A DNA stretch of 64,000 bases. Origin: Phycisphaerae bacterium. GTDB lineage: Bacteria > Planctomycetota > Phycisphaerae > UBA1845. Shown piece by piece: positions 11,750 to 21,597 of this stretch (position 1 is the first letter of the stretch; each line of letters begins with the position of its first letter). Position numbers and translations under genes: made by a program. A model generated the notes under the pieces. That model ran no database searches. It had not been told where the DNA came from and saw only the letters and a program-made list of their open reading frames with translations. The stretch is taken from assembly GCA_963666835.2 (NCBI GenBank), contig CAXXGO010000006.1, positions 224,001 through 288,000 on the forward strand, written 5' to 3'.

Positions 11750-13513
11750 CTACGGAGTACTCGGCGCGTCGGCCTCCGCAGTTTCCACTGGTGACAGCAC
11801 GCGGGTGGCGGCGTCGCGCACGAGCACAGCCAGGGTGTCGTCCGATTCGGCACCGGCCAGCGGCTGCAGAATCTCGATCGCCTGTCGCGGCTCCCCGGTT
11901 GCGTACCGCAGATAGCCTAGCAAGAACGCCAAACCCGGGTTATCGGGGTGCTCGGCCACCTGTACGCTCAGGCCGGCCATGTGCGTCGCCAGCACGTCGG
12001 CGTTCGCGTAGATCGGCCGCAAGTCGATCGGGTTGTCGATTAGCTCGGGAGCCTCGAGCAACGCCGCCCGCAGGGCGCTGACCGCGATCTCATAATCACC
12101 CGTGGCGAAATTGCCCAGGCAATAGAACAGCTTGGCGAACCCGTCATCGTTATCAGCCAGCATCGCCCGAGCGTAGAGTTGCCGGGCGTCTTCGAACAGG
12201 CCCGCTGCAAACGCGTCGTTGCCCTGCCCGACTAGCGCGGGAGCCTCGGATTCCTGCTCGGCCTCGGTCGGGACGCCTTCGGGTTCAGGCGTGCCGACGT
12301 CCGGCTCGACCACCGTGGTTCCGGCGGGTTCGACGTACTCGGTCGTCGGTTGGATGACCGTTGTTGCTCCGGTGACAGGGGCGGAGGACTCCGATATTGG
12401 TGTGCCGGTATCGGGAATCGTCGTGTAGTAGGTTTCAGAGACCGTCGGCGTACCCACCACCACCGTATCCGCGTAGACCGCGTCGGCATCGTAGACCCGC
12501 GTCACCACCGGATCGCTATCGTAGATGGTGATCGAGGTATGGAAGTCATCTCGATCGTAGAGGCGACGGTAGTACGAAGGGCTATAGACCACGTAGTCCA
12601 GGTCGTAGCAACGCGGGAAGCGGCGGTAGTAGCGACGGTACGGCCTCGCCCAGTAGGGGCGGTGACCGTGCGGTCTGTCGTAGCAGCGCGAGTACGATGG
12701 TCCAGCGTAGCTCGACGAGCGCGGATAGCCTGGCCGGATCCGTGACTGATTCCCCCAATACAAAGCTCCGTAGTTGGACGGACCGTGCCGGCCGGGGCGG
12801 TACTCGCCTGGGGTCGGGCGGAATAGACTCCCGCCGATCGTGCTACGGCGTGCATAAGTGGGGGTAGAGCCGTAGGCTCGAGCCTTGCGGCGTGGAGTTG
12901 TGGCCGGCGATGCGCGTCGAGCCCTTTGCACCGGCGCGTGGGAGAACGACCGGTCGGACGTATCTGTGCTGCGGGTCACGTACTTCGTCGAGCGTTGCTC
13001 CGATCCGCGAGGGCTAGACGAGGACCGTATGTACGGGCGGTACGAGCCGGCCGACGATGCCGGAGTTTGCGTGACCCCGGACGACCGGCTCGGTGTTGCC
13101 TTTGTTGTCCGAGCCACCGAGGTTGAAAACCTCGAGGAAGGACTCGGCGCGATCGATCCGCGACGGACCCGAGCTGTGCCCTTACTTCCGCGCTTTGACG
13201 ATGACGAAGCCGTAGCCTGCCTCGGGCTCTGTCTAGTGCCTGTTTGGCTCGGTCTGGACTTCGCCCTACTCGAAGGACGCGACGACGATCGCGAGGCCGA
13301 GCTTCTCGACTTCGAGCGGTTACCTCCGGATTTCGATCGAGAAGCGGTGGAGGCAGACCGCCCGCTTCGAGCGCGCGAGCCTGAGCTTCCAGATGTTGCC
13401 CTGGACTTGGATCGCTTCGGGGGACCGGCCTGCAGAACCTGTGCTTCCGCGGCCACAACGACAAAGGCGACCAACGCCGATAGGAGCGTCCGTCCGCGAA
13501 TCAGTGAACGCAT
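11750..13513 (-). CDS. Secreted protein with Ser/Arg-rich disordered N-terminus, Tyr-rich segment and C-terminal TPR-like repeats
   Basis: Signal peptide (..AAEA/Q), low-complexity region, TPR-like helices (GNDAFAAGLFEDARQLY; LLGYLRYATGEPRQA). Confidence 0.75.
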   Translation of the reverse strand: MRSLIRGRTLLSALVAFVVVAAEAQVLQAGPPKRSKSRATSGSSGSRARSGRSASTASRSKSGGNRSKSRSSASRSSSRPSSRAKSRPSQTGTRQSPRQATASSSSKRGSKGTARVRRGSIAPSPSSRFSTSVARTTKATPSRSSGVTQTPASSAGSYRPYIRSSSSPRGSEQRSTKYVTRSTDTSDRSFSHAPVQRARRASPATTPRRKARAYGSTPTYARRSTIGGSLFRPTPGEYRPGRHGPSNYGALYWGNQSRIRPGYPRSSSYAGPSYSRCYDRPHGHRPYWARPYRRYYRRFPRCYDLDYVVYSPSYYRRLYDRDDFHTSITIYDSDPVVTRVYDADAVYADTVVVGTPTVSETYYTTIPDTGTPISESSAPVTGATTVIQPTTEYVEPAGTTVVEPDVGTPEPEGVPTEAEQESEAPALVGQGNDAFAAGLFEDARQLYARAMLADNDDGFAKLFYCLGNFATGDYEIAVSALRAALLEAPELIDNPIDLRPIYANADVLATHMAGLSVQVAEHPDNPGLAFLLGYLRYATGEPRQAIEILQPLAGAESDDTLAVLVRDAATRVLSPVETAEADAPSTP

Positions 13514-13666
13514 GGCTCGTCCTCCTACTCTAGCCCCAGGCTATCTTCACATGCAAAAAACACCATCAGAGAATAGTACTCATCTGTTAAATAATAACAC
13601 GTCTTCACGAGTCACGCAAGGGAAATCTGATGCTGTACGCAAGTTTGCACTGGGAACCGGCCGGGA

Positions 13667-14407
13667 TCACCCTGCTATCGCCGAGCCTGCCTCCGTATGC
13701 CCATTACGTAAGAGTGGGGCCAGTTCGCCTAATGAAGACAGAGTAAAGTCCGGCTTGCAAGTGCCGATGTCGTGGATACGGTCTTCTCGGCAGATCCAGG
13801 CAGTAGTAATCCCCAATCCGGCGGCCCCGCCGATGTCGGCGTGCAGCGAGTCCCCGACATGGATGGCGCGGTCCGGCTCTATCCCCAATGCGTTGAGCCC
13901 CTGCTCGAAGATGGCCCGGTTCGGTTTGTAGCTGCGGGCATCTTCCGATGAAACGACCGCATCGAACCGGAGGCCGTGCTTCTGGATGGCTTCGAGCAAC
14001 GGCACGGTATCGGCGTTGGAAAGGCAGCAGATCGGCAGGTCGTTCGTTCTGATGAACTCCAACGCGTCGGCGAAGACAGGGGGGTCGGTCCAGTACTCGG
14101 CAAGCTGGGCGACAAACGGGTCCGGATCGGAATGCCGCTGGTGTCCATCAAGGGTTTCTACTAGGCTGACGCGCACGCATTCGTACAGATTACGGAAGGA
14201 GTCGTGGTTGCTCCGGTCGACTACGGCGAAGAAGCACTCCCCCCAGGTGACGGCCAGCTCGGGCGCTCCGATGGGCAAGTCGCAGGTCTGGACGACATCG
14301 CGGCAGACCGCTTCCACGGCCTCCCGGTCACCCGCACAGATCGTGCCGTAGAAGTCGATGAGTATTCCGTCGAACCGCCGTTCGGTCACGCGAGCCGTCT
14401 CCGTCAC
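13667..14407 (-). CDS. HAD-family hydrolase
   Basis: Motif I IDFYGT, motif II LSNAD, YKP, HVGDSLHADI. Confidence 0.9.
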   Translation of the reverse strand: MTETARVTERRFDGILIDFYGTICAGDREAVEAVCRDVVQTCDLPIGAPELAVTWGECFFAVVDRSNHDSFRNLYECVRVSLVETLDGHQRHSDPDPFVAQLAEYWTDPPVFADALEFIRTNDLPICCLSNADTVPLLEAIQKHGLRFDAVVSSEDARSYKPNRAIFEQGLNALGIEPDRAIHVGDSLHADIGGAAGLGITTAWICREDRIHDIGTCKPDFTLSSLGELAPLLRNGHTEAGSAIAG

Positions 14408-15198
14408 CCACGCCGCGCGGCCCCCTTCCGCTTCCCCCTGGAGCGGACCGGTCCGCTCATCCGGCGCGCGGGATTATCCTACCGGCAGCCAGTGCTTCCG
14501 CAAAGCTCCACGATGCGGGACCGCTATTACGCTGAGGGTTTCGACTACTTGGGGAATACGGCCGGGGCAATAAGCATGTCGGCCCGGTAAAAAAGGCGTG
14601 CGGCACCCCGATTAATATTGGCGCGGTCAAAGGGTGCCGCAGCGAGTGGAAGCTCTGATTGTCGGAACGCAACTTCCGGCGAAAACTGCCGACCCTCGCG
14701 TCCATTATCTAGTATATCGGCTCATTCCCGACAATCAAGCAGCTATCGAGAAGATTCCCTTAGGTACAGCCCTGGGCGGACTACATGCCGGTTTCGTCCG
14801 AGAAGATCGGTCTGTGGCTGCAGTGTTTGCGAGGGTCCGGCGATGAGCGAGCCGGGGCAACGTTGCGGCTCGCCGCCCTTTCAGAGATGCGATAGGTGGG
14901 CGGCGTCTTCGGCAGTGCATCACGGCGGCCGAAGTTGTCCGATAACCGGCCCGGCGTCCTCCGAGAAAGAACGTCCGATGCGAGTGCCCCGTCCATTCCG
15001 CCGGGTGCCCCTTCATTCCGGCGCTTGCTGAGCCGCGGCAAGCACGTTGACTCTCCGCCGGAATTGGTGGGGGACGGACGCTCGTAGCGCAGACATCCTT
15101 GTCTGCATCTTCAAACGTGCTGCTAATCTGCGGCCCGTTCGGCAGGCTGGAAACCCGCGTTACTGGGTAAACCCTTCGCAGAGGGGCGCGGGTCGGAG

Positions 15199-15864
15199 TC
15201 AGGCCGTGATGATCCCTTCCCTGACGGCAAACCGGCAGAGATCGACCCGGTCGTGCAGATCCAGTTTGTTCATGATCTTGGCCTTCTGATTGTCCACGGT
15301 CTTGGCACTGAGCCGCAGTAACCGGGCGATGTCTTTCACCGACATCCCAAGTGACAGATGGCGCGTGATCTGCAATTCCCGCGTGCTGAGCGTGGCCAGT
15401 CGCGAGACCTTCTCGATCCGTTTCTTATCGCGAGACAGACGCGAGATTATCCGAGAGGCGACCGTTCGGCAGAAGAACCGGCGTCCGCGTGCCACGTTGC
15501 GGACCCCCTCCAGAACCGAGTCCACGCTTGCCGTTCGATCCGCGTAGCCCCACAGATGAGTACGAAAGACGGCATCGATATCCCGATCGCGCTCGGTTGC
15601 GCTGAAGATCACGACTCGGGGCTTCCGGCCGCGGGACTGCATCTCCGCAGCTTCATCGATCGTGCCGCCGTCGAGCAGCCCGATGTCGAGCAGAACGATG
15701 TGGGGATCAAGTTCGTCAATCAGGCGAAGGGCTGTGGCGGTGTCGCCGGCGGTACCCACCACTTCCACGCCCTCGCGTTTGGTGAGCAGATCACCGAGTC
15801 CTTCGCGGACTATGGGATAGGCGTGAACCAGCAAGACGCGGATCACGTCGGTCGAGAGCCCCAT
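15199..15864 (-). CDS. NarL/LuxR-family response regulator with atypical receiver
   Basis: REC domain (VLLDIGL) plus LuxR HTH (LSTRELQI..GMSVKDIARLLRLSAKTVDNQKAKIMNKL). Start uncertain. Confidence 0.9.
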   Translation of the reverse strand: MGLSTDVIRVLLVHAYPIVREGLGDLLTKREGVEVVGTAGDTATALRLIDELDPHIVLLDIGLLDGGTIDEAAEMQSRGRKPRVVIFSATERDRDIDAVFRTHLWGYADRTASVDSVLEGVRNVARGRRFFCRTVASRIISRLSRDKKRIEKVSRLATLSTRELQITRHLSLGMSVKDIARLLRLSAKTVDNQKAKIMNKLDLHDRVDLCRFAVREGIITA

Positions 15865-16258
15865 CCGGATCGCCCTTCCAACAACATGTAATCCCGGCGT
15901 TGAACTACCGTCGACGCCGCAGAATGTGCCTTCAACCCCGACCGACATGCGGCAGCCCGCCAGGAAGACTGACCGGCCGCCTTTGGCCCTCTCATCAGCA
16001 TGTGTCAGCCCACTTATCGGAAGTCCGCCACACGCTGTTTAGCGCAGGCCGCGTTTCTCCCGAAAAGCGACACGGAGCTGTCACAACGCGCCCCCGTATC
16101 GAACCTTTGCGCCCCGTCTCCCGGTCGAATACTCGGGTAATCCCGATAATACCGCGGCGCTTGCTCGGCGGGATTTGTACCTCCCGGCCGGAGGCCTGAA
16201 GTACGATATCCGATCATGAAGGCAGTTCACCGATGGGCCAGAGAGCGAGACTAAAAGC

Positions 16259-18295
16259 ATGAATCCGCTGAAGATCGGCAACGTAATCCGTGTGGAGAGC
16301 GGTCGCGTGCAGGTGGTAATCACCGCCGCGGAGATGAACCTGGTCCACGACGCCAAGACCTATCGAGTGGGTCAGCTCGGTACCTACATCACCATTCCGA
16401 TGAACGACCGGACCTTGGTCGGTTTCGTTGTGAACGCCGGCCGACAAGAGGTCACCATGGTGGACGTCGAGCCGCAGTTGATTATGGAGGCTCAGCTTCT
16501 GGGGGAGATCCGCGCCGGACGGTTCGTTCGAGGAGTCAACGAGTATCCCATCGTCGGCGACGACGTGTGGGTAGCGGTGCAGGCGGACTTCGAGGCCATC
16601 TTCGGCAGTTTCGATCAACTTCTGCGCGGTTCGAAGCACCCGCAGAGCTTCTCGCTCGGGCGTTTTGCGTTGAACCCGGACTTCGAGGTGAAGATCCTGG
16701 GAACCGAGATGTTCGCCAAGCACGTCGCCCTTATCGGCAACAGCGGCAGCGGCAAGAGCTGCACCACGGCCAAGGTTCTGCAGGAGGTTCTGGACCTCGA
16801 ACAAGCGCAAGTCGTGCTGTTCGACATGCACGGCGAGTACAAGACCGCCTTTTCCGACAGTGACGGGCAACTGAACGCCAACGTCACGTACTTGGACGTC
16901 GACGACCTCGTTCTGCCCTACTGGTTGCTCAAATACGACGAGTTCGACGCCATTTTCGTGGACCGCTCCAACCCGCTGTATATCAGTACGCAGATCTCCT
17001 TTCTTCGCACCGCTCTGTTGGAGTTCAAGCAGGACGCCGCCCGGCAGCTCGGGTTGAGCAAGACCCTGACTTTGGACACTCCGATTTACTTCTCGCTGGA
17101 ATCGCTCAAGACGTACGCAGAGAATCTAAACGAAGCCCGTTTTGTGCTGAATGACGACCATCTGGCATTTAGCCAGTTGGCCCTCCGCTCCATGGACCCG
17201 GAGGAACAGCAGTTGCTCATGCGCGAGAAGCGCTGCCAGTTCAATCGTGGTAACCCCGAGGGAGAGACCCCGCACCCGTTCTACTTCGGGAAGCTGTTGG
17301 GACTGATCGATCAGATCGACACCCGACTTCAGGACCGCCGCTACGAGTTCTTGCTCCGGCCGATCGAACACGGAATGAAATCCAAGTTCTTCCGCGGTCA
17401 ATTGCAGGGCGTGGAAAGTGCCGCGCGATCGTCATCTCTGATGAATCACCTGATCAAACTGCTGACCGGGCGGGTCGAGCCGCGCAGCAACATGACGATA
17501 ATTGATCTGTCCGGTATTCCCTTCGAGATCGTCGACGTTACCGTGGCCGTGCTCACCCGCCTGCTGTTCGATCTGAACTTCTGGACCCCCGCCCATCAGC
17601 GGCACCCGATGCTTCTGGTCTTCGAGGAAGCCCACAACTACATCCCCCGCATCGAGCGCGGCGGAACGACGTTCGCGAAAACCGCGGTCGAGCGCGTTGC
17701 CAAGGAAGGCCGTAAGTACGGCGTAAGTGCTATGGTCGTGTCACAACGACCTTCCGAGCTCTCGGAGACCGTTCTGGCTCAGTGCAACAGCTTCATTGCC
17801 ATGCGTCTGAGTAACCCGGAGGATCAGGAATATGTTGCCAAAGTCATCAGCGATCACTTCGCGAGTCTGATCCAGATGCTGCCGATTCTGCGACCGGGCG
17901 AGGCGTTCGTAATCGGCGACAGCGTCATCATGCCGATGCGTACTCTGGTGGATATCCCCTCGCCCACCCCGCAGAGTGCCAACATCGACTTCTTCAAACT
18001 CTGGACCGAGAGCGCTCCGGACTACGATATCGACAACATCATAGACCACTGGCGCCGGCAAGACCGAATCAACGTTACCGGGGAAGCGTCGGAGCCGGAG
18101 CCGGAGAAACCGGCCCCGGCGCGACCGAAACCCGCGGTTATTCCGCGACCGGGAGGTCCCATGCCTGTTCCCGCGGGGATGCCGGCCGGACCAGGCCCCG
18201 CGAAAGCGCCGGGTGCCCCGGCTCCGGTGGCAACGCCGCCCGATCCGCCCGCAGCGCACCCTCCGCCCCGCCGATCGCGGTGGTTGGCTAACTGA
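16259..18295 (+). CDS. HerA/FtsK-family ATPase (DUF87/DUF853-type) with Pro-rich tail
   Basis: HAS-barrel-like N-terminus, Walker A GNSGSGKS, FDMHGEY, Walker B LVFEEAHNY, KEGRKYG, SQRPSEL. Confidence 0.92.
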   Translation: MNPLKIGNVIRVESGRVQVVITAAEMNLVHDAKTYRVGQLGTYITIPMNDRTLVGFVVNAGRQEVTMVDVEPQLIMEAQLLGEIRAGRFVRGVNEYPIVGDDVWVAVQADFEAIFGSFDQLLRGSKHPQSFSLGRFALNPDFEVKILGTEMFAKHVALIGNSGSGKSCTTAKVLQEVLDLEQAQVVLFDMHGEYKTAFSDSDGQLNANVTYLDVDDLVLPYWLLKYDEFDAIFVDRSNPLYISTQISFLRTALLEFKQDAARQLGLSKTLTLDTPIYFSLESLKTYAENLNEARFVLNDDHLAFSQLALRSMDPEEQQLLMREKRCQFNRGNPEGETPHPFYFGKLLGLIDQIDTRLQDRRYEFLLRPIEHGMKSKFFRGQLQGVESAARSSSLMNHLIKLLTGRVEPRSNMTIIDLSGIPFEIVDVTVAVLTRLLFDLNFWTPAHQRHPMLLVFEEAHNYIPRIERGGTTFAKTAVERVAKEGRKYGVSAMVVSQRPSELSETVLAQCNSFIAMRLSNPEDQEYVAKVISDHFASLIQMLPILRPGEAFVIGDSVIMPMRTLVDIPSPTPQSANIDFFKLWTESAPDYDIDNIIDHWRRQDRINVTGEASEPEPEKPAPARPKPAVIPRPGGPMPVPAGMPAGPGPAKAPGAPAPVATPPDPPAAHPPPRRSRWLAN

Positions 18296-18371
18296 CGTTT
18301 CGCGTCTTCGGCTTTCGAGATAGAATGGACCGATCGAGACCGGGCGTGGGTTGCCGCGCGCCGGACCGGAT

Positions 18372-18812
18372 GGAGTGGGCGAAGGCGATCGCCCGCACGT
18401 CATCAGCACGCGCGGGAGGAAAGTCCGAACTGGACAGGGCCCGGTGATTGGTAACGCCAACCCGGCGTGAGCCGAGGGAAAGTGCCACAGAAAAGACACC
18501 GCCGATGTCGGGGCGTTGTGCCTCCGGGTGACAATGCCCCGGCAGGTAAGGGTGAAATGGTGCGGTAAGAGCGCACCGCGCGACCGGTGACGGTCGTGGC
18601 AGGGTAAACCCCACCGCCAGCAAGCCCAAATAGGCAGCGAGAGGCGGCCCGTCTCGTTGAGCGGGGATCTGCGTCGGCCGAAACCGGCCGAGCGATGACT
18701 CCGCTTTGAAGCTGCGGGTAGGGCGCTCGAGCCGGCGGGTGACCGTCGGCCTAGATAAATGATCGCCACGCCGCCTGTGCGGCGGACAGAATTCGGCTTA
18801 TCCGCCCACTCC
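18372..18812 (+). ncRNA. rnpB: RNase P RNA (type A)
   Basis: GAGGAAAGTCC, GAAAGTGCCACAGAAA, GGTAAGGGTGAAA, GGTAAGAGCGCACC, GGTAAACCCCAC, AGATAAATGAT, ACAGAATTCGGCTTA. P1 helix GGAGTGGGCG/CGCCCACTCC. Confidence 0.97.
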
Positions 18813-19457
18813 ATCCGATCCGGCGCGTTGCTCAGTCGGTCGGCTTTCTGACGATCCGATCTCGCCGGGTGGCTGGAAGTTGGTCCCGTAGACCTGACGC
18901 ACGATATCGGCGAATTCACCGGGAAGCGGATCGGCCGACGGCGAAGTCGGACCGCGGCGCTGGTCGGCGGGCGGCGGCTTGTCCACCCGAACGGCCGCTC
19001 GGCGGCTCTCCGCCAGGATCTTGGCCAGCGCCACCAGTTCGTCGGTGGGAATCTCCTGCTCATTTAGGGCCAGCCGCTCATACACCAGCCCTACCAGCAT
19101 CAGGTATGCCCGGTGATCCCACAGATCCGGGCTGCAGTCGGCCAGGTGGCCGAACATCCCTTCGAGTACGGCCGCAACCGACGCCTGCCGGCGGCGATGT
19201 CGGACCAAAACGCCGCCCGCCCGCGCCGCCGCACTTGCATTCTGCTCGAGGTCATTCACCCTGGCCGCTTGGTGGACCCGCGACAGGTAGTTGCGAAGTC
19301 GACGGCGGGTGATCCCATACCGGCCGGTCAGAGCAAGACGGGTGTCAAGCTCCTCTACAAGGGCGGCGTTCACGTCGTCAGCGGAACGGGCTGCCGATTC
19401 GAGCTCCCGGACGACCGTGGCGGGCAGGAGCCTCTGCAAAGGGGTCCGAGCGGCCAT
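18798..19457 (-). CDS. Mu gp27/DUF3486-like protein
   Basis: Starts MAARTPLQRLLP, has an HTH-like YGITRRRLRNY and a C-terminal 'EFADIVRQVYG'. Coupled by TGATG to the upstream gene. Family assignment is by resemblance. Confidence 0.55.
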   Translation of the reverse strand: MAARTPLQRLLPATVVRELESAARSADDVNAALVEELDTRLALTGRYGITRRRLRNYLSRVHQAARVNDLEQNASAAARAGGVLVRHRRRQASVAAVLEGMFGHLADCSPDLWDHRAYLMLVGLVYERLALNEQEIPTDELVALAKILAESRRAAVRVDKPPPADQRRGPTSPSADPLPGEFADIVRQVYGTNFQPPGEIGSSESRPTEQRAGSDGVGG

Positions 19458-19774
19458 CACTCCTCCAACGCCGGATCGTGGATGCAGCGGTCGGCCAGCT
19501 CGATCCCCCGGGTCGACAGGCGGAACCATCGCCGGCGCCACGGGGTGAACCCGTTGCCGTTCTCACGCTCGGCCACAACCCGATCAACGTAGCCCTTGGC
19601 CATAAGGTAGTGGAGATCGCGCCGGGTATGGTCGAACTCCAACGTGGGGAAGATCACCAGCAGGCTGTGCATGATCTGCTCGGCCGTCAGTGCGGCCGGG
19701 TAGACCGTCCGTAGCGCAACGAGGATTTCGTTGCGAATCCGTTTGATCGCTCGTGCATCTCGGCCGTTTGCCAT
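19457..19774 (-). CDS. Small winged-helix protein, Mu gp26-like
   Basis: RNEILVAL...RRDLHYLMAKGYV...WFRLSTRGIELA pattern, typical of wHTH proteins in Mu-like late operons. Confidence 0.6.
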   Translation of the reverse strand: MANGRDARAIKRIRNEILVALRTVYPAALTAEQIMHSLLVIFPTLEFDHTRRDLHYLMAKGYVDRVVAERENGNGFTPWRRRWFRLSTRGIELADRCIHDPALEE

Positions 19775-20268
19775 CGATTGCGATCCTCACTTTCGTTGCA
19801 ACATTACTTGCCCCAGCGAGGGCGGTGCGACGCCCTGCACCTCGTCCGTTCGTCGACTGTCCGAGTCGGACCCGGTTGCCTGAGCCCTCCAAGCGGCGAC
19901 AACCACCCCGCAGTGCTGCTGATCACAAGAACGCCCTCGGCGCACACCGCCGAATACGAGGTGAGGAATGCGCTCTCCGGCCTGCCCAACGGTGGATCTC
20001 GTGTTTTTTGTGGTGTTTCCTGCACGATGGTCGAGCTCATTCGCACTACAACACGGCCATACCGGTAGGCGCCTCGCCCGGATTGTGTCGGCCAATCGCC
20101 GAAAGCCCCGTTGCGGCATTCGATGTGTTGCACGAAGATAGGCCGTCGAGAGCACGCGTAGCCCGCCGGGAGCGGTGAATCCGTGTTCACAGCGGCCTGA
20201 AGGTTGTGCTCTGGTGTTTGTGAACCGGGCAGGAACAGGGATCCTGCCGGGCGGACCGCGGTAGGTAC

Positions 20269-21066
20269 ATGCACAAGGATTCAGACGTGCCGGCAACGGC
20301 CAGCGACAAACCAACCTCAAACGAAATGCCGGCGGCGGCAGGCGATCCGCGCAAGGAGGAACCGCCGCAGGCCCTTCGTACCGATGGTTGGCTTGGCGGC
20401 GGAAGCGATCCCGGCAATACCGCGAGCCGGTCGACCGGGCGCTGGTGGCTTGGCGTGGTTGTTGGCGTGGTGATAGGGCTTCCGTTGGCGTGGTTGCTGT
20501 CGTATGCGGCCACTCTGCCGTTTCTCCTCGGGCTTTTCTTCTTTGCTCTGTTCGGATTGGTGATCGGGGCGGTGATTCACCGGGTCGCCTCTGCCGGCAG
20601 GCCTTACGGGCGAGCGATCTTGCTCGTGGGGACCACGTTTGCAGTCTTAGTCATTTGGGGGCTCGCTTTGGCCAAGGAAGGCCGAGACATGCCGCTCGAT
20701 CTGGCGAAGGAGGCTTCGCGTAGCAGGCGGATCGATTACGGTGGTCGCACGGTGGACGAGTTCCAGGTTCACGTTGCAGGGCAGATTCGCGACTACTTGG
20801 GCAGGCAATACCCGCCCGGTGGGACGTTGGGATACATGCGTTGGGCTCTGGATAGCGGCGTCATCGGTCGTGGGGAGATTGAGGGGGTCACGCGCGCGCT
20901 CGATCAGCCGCAACGGGGCTTTTGGTGGGCGGTGCGGGTGATTCTATCCGTCGGGCTTCTGGGCTTCGGGATCGGCTCGCAGACCCTGCAGTTGCGTTGG
21001 AAGGCGGATAAGGGGCTCGCGCGGGTGCGCGATGCGGCGGACCCCGACGATTCGGACCATTCGTGA
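20269..21066 (+). CDS. Hypothetical membrane protein
   Basis: About 4 TM segments. Start may be 20326. Confidence 0.7.
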   Translation: MHKDSDVPATASDKPTSNEMPAAAGDPRKEEPPQALRTDGWLGGGSDPGNTASRSTGRWWLGVVVGVVIGLPLAWLLSYAATLPFLLGLFFFALFGLVIGAVIHRVASAGRPYGRAILLVGTTFAVLVIWGLALAKEGRDMPLDLAKEASRSRRIDYGGRTVDEFQVHVAGQIRDYLGRQYPPGGTLGYMRWALDSGVIGRGEIEGVTRALDQPQRGFWWAVRVILSVGLLGFGIGSQTLQLRWKADKGLARVRDAADPDDSDHS

Positions 21067-21078
21067 GCTGACAATACT

Positions 21079-21471
21079 ATGTCATCATCACCGGAACTGT
21101 TCGTGGCCGCGATTGCCGAGCGCCATGATAACCAAATGCTGATCGCCCTTCCGGCAACCGCTACGGACGCCGAACGCTATTGGCAGTTTCCCCGCGGACT
21201 CGCCCACTCCGACGAGTCTCCCGAGAAGGCTCTGCGGAGAGTTGTTCTGGCGGATTTAGGTATCCGCGTGCAGATTGTGGTGGGCCAGCCGCCGCTCAGC
21301 GCACCCGTAGACGGAAAGCAGGCGGAGCTGCGTTACTTCTTCTGCGGGATCGTCGACGGTACGCCGCAACCGGGTCCCTATGCGGAAATCCGCTGGGTCC
21401 CGAAGCACCATCTGGAAGAGTATGAATTCGACGAAGCCTCCCGCCCGGTTGTCGATTGGCTTCTGCATTAG
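21079..21471 (+). CDS. NUDIX-fold protein with degenerate Nudix box
   Basis: WQFPRG..DESPEKALRRVVLADLGI; MutT-like C-terminus (EIRWV..LEEYEF). Confidence 0.8.
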   Translation: MSSSPELFVAAIAERHDNQMLIALPATATDAERYWQFPRGLAHSDESPEKALRRVVLADLGIRVQIVVGQPPLSAPVDGKQAELRYFFCGIVDGTPQPGPYAEIRWVPKHHLEEYEFDEASRPVVDWLLH

Positions 21472-21597
21472 TTGCGCGCCGATGATCAGGCGTTGACAAA
21501 CGCGGCAGGTCTCGTTCCTCGACCAAGCCGTACACTCGCCGACGTTGTCCCGGGAAGAGGCCGTCGTAATCGGTCCGGCGAGCGTAAGCGACCCGTC

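Noticed and set aside
17741..19063. 440-aa minus-strand ORF
   Set aside because: Runs antisense through rnpB and herA; no protein-like features.
18798..20320. Intact prophage
   Set aside because: Only two small phage-like genes; no structural, terminase or integrase genes.
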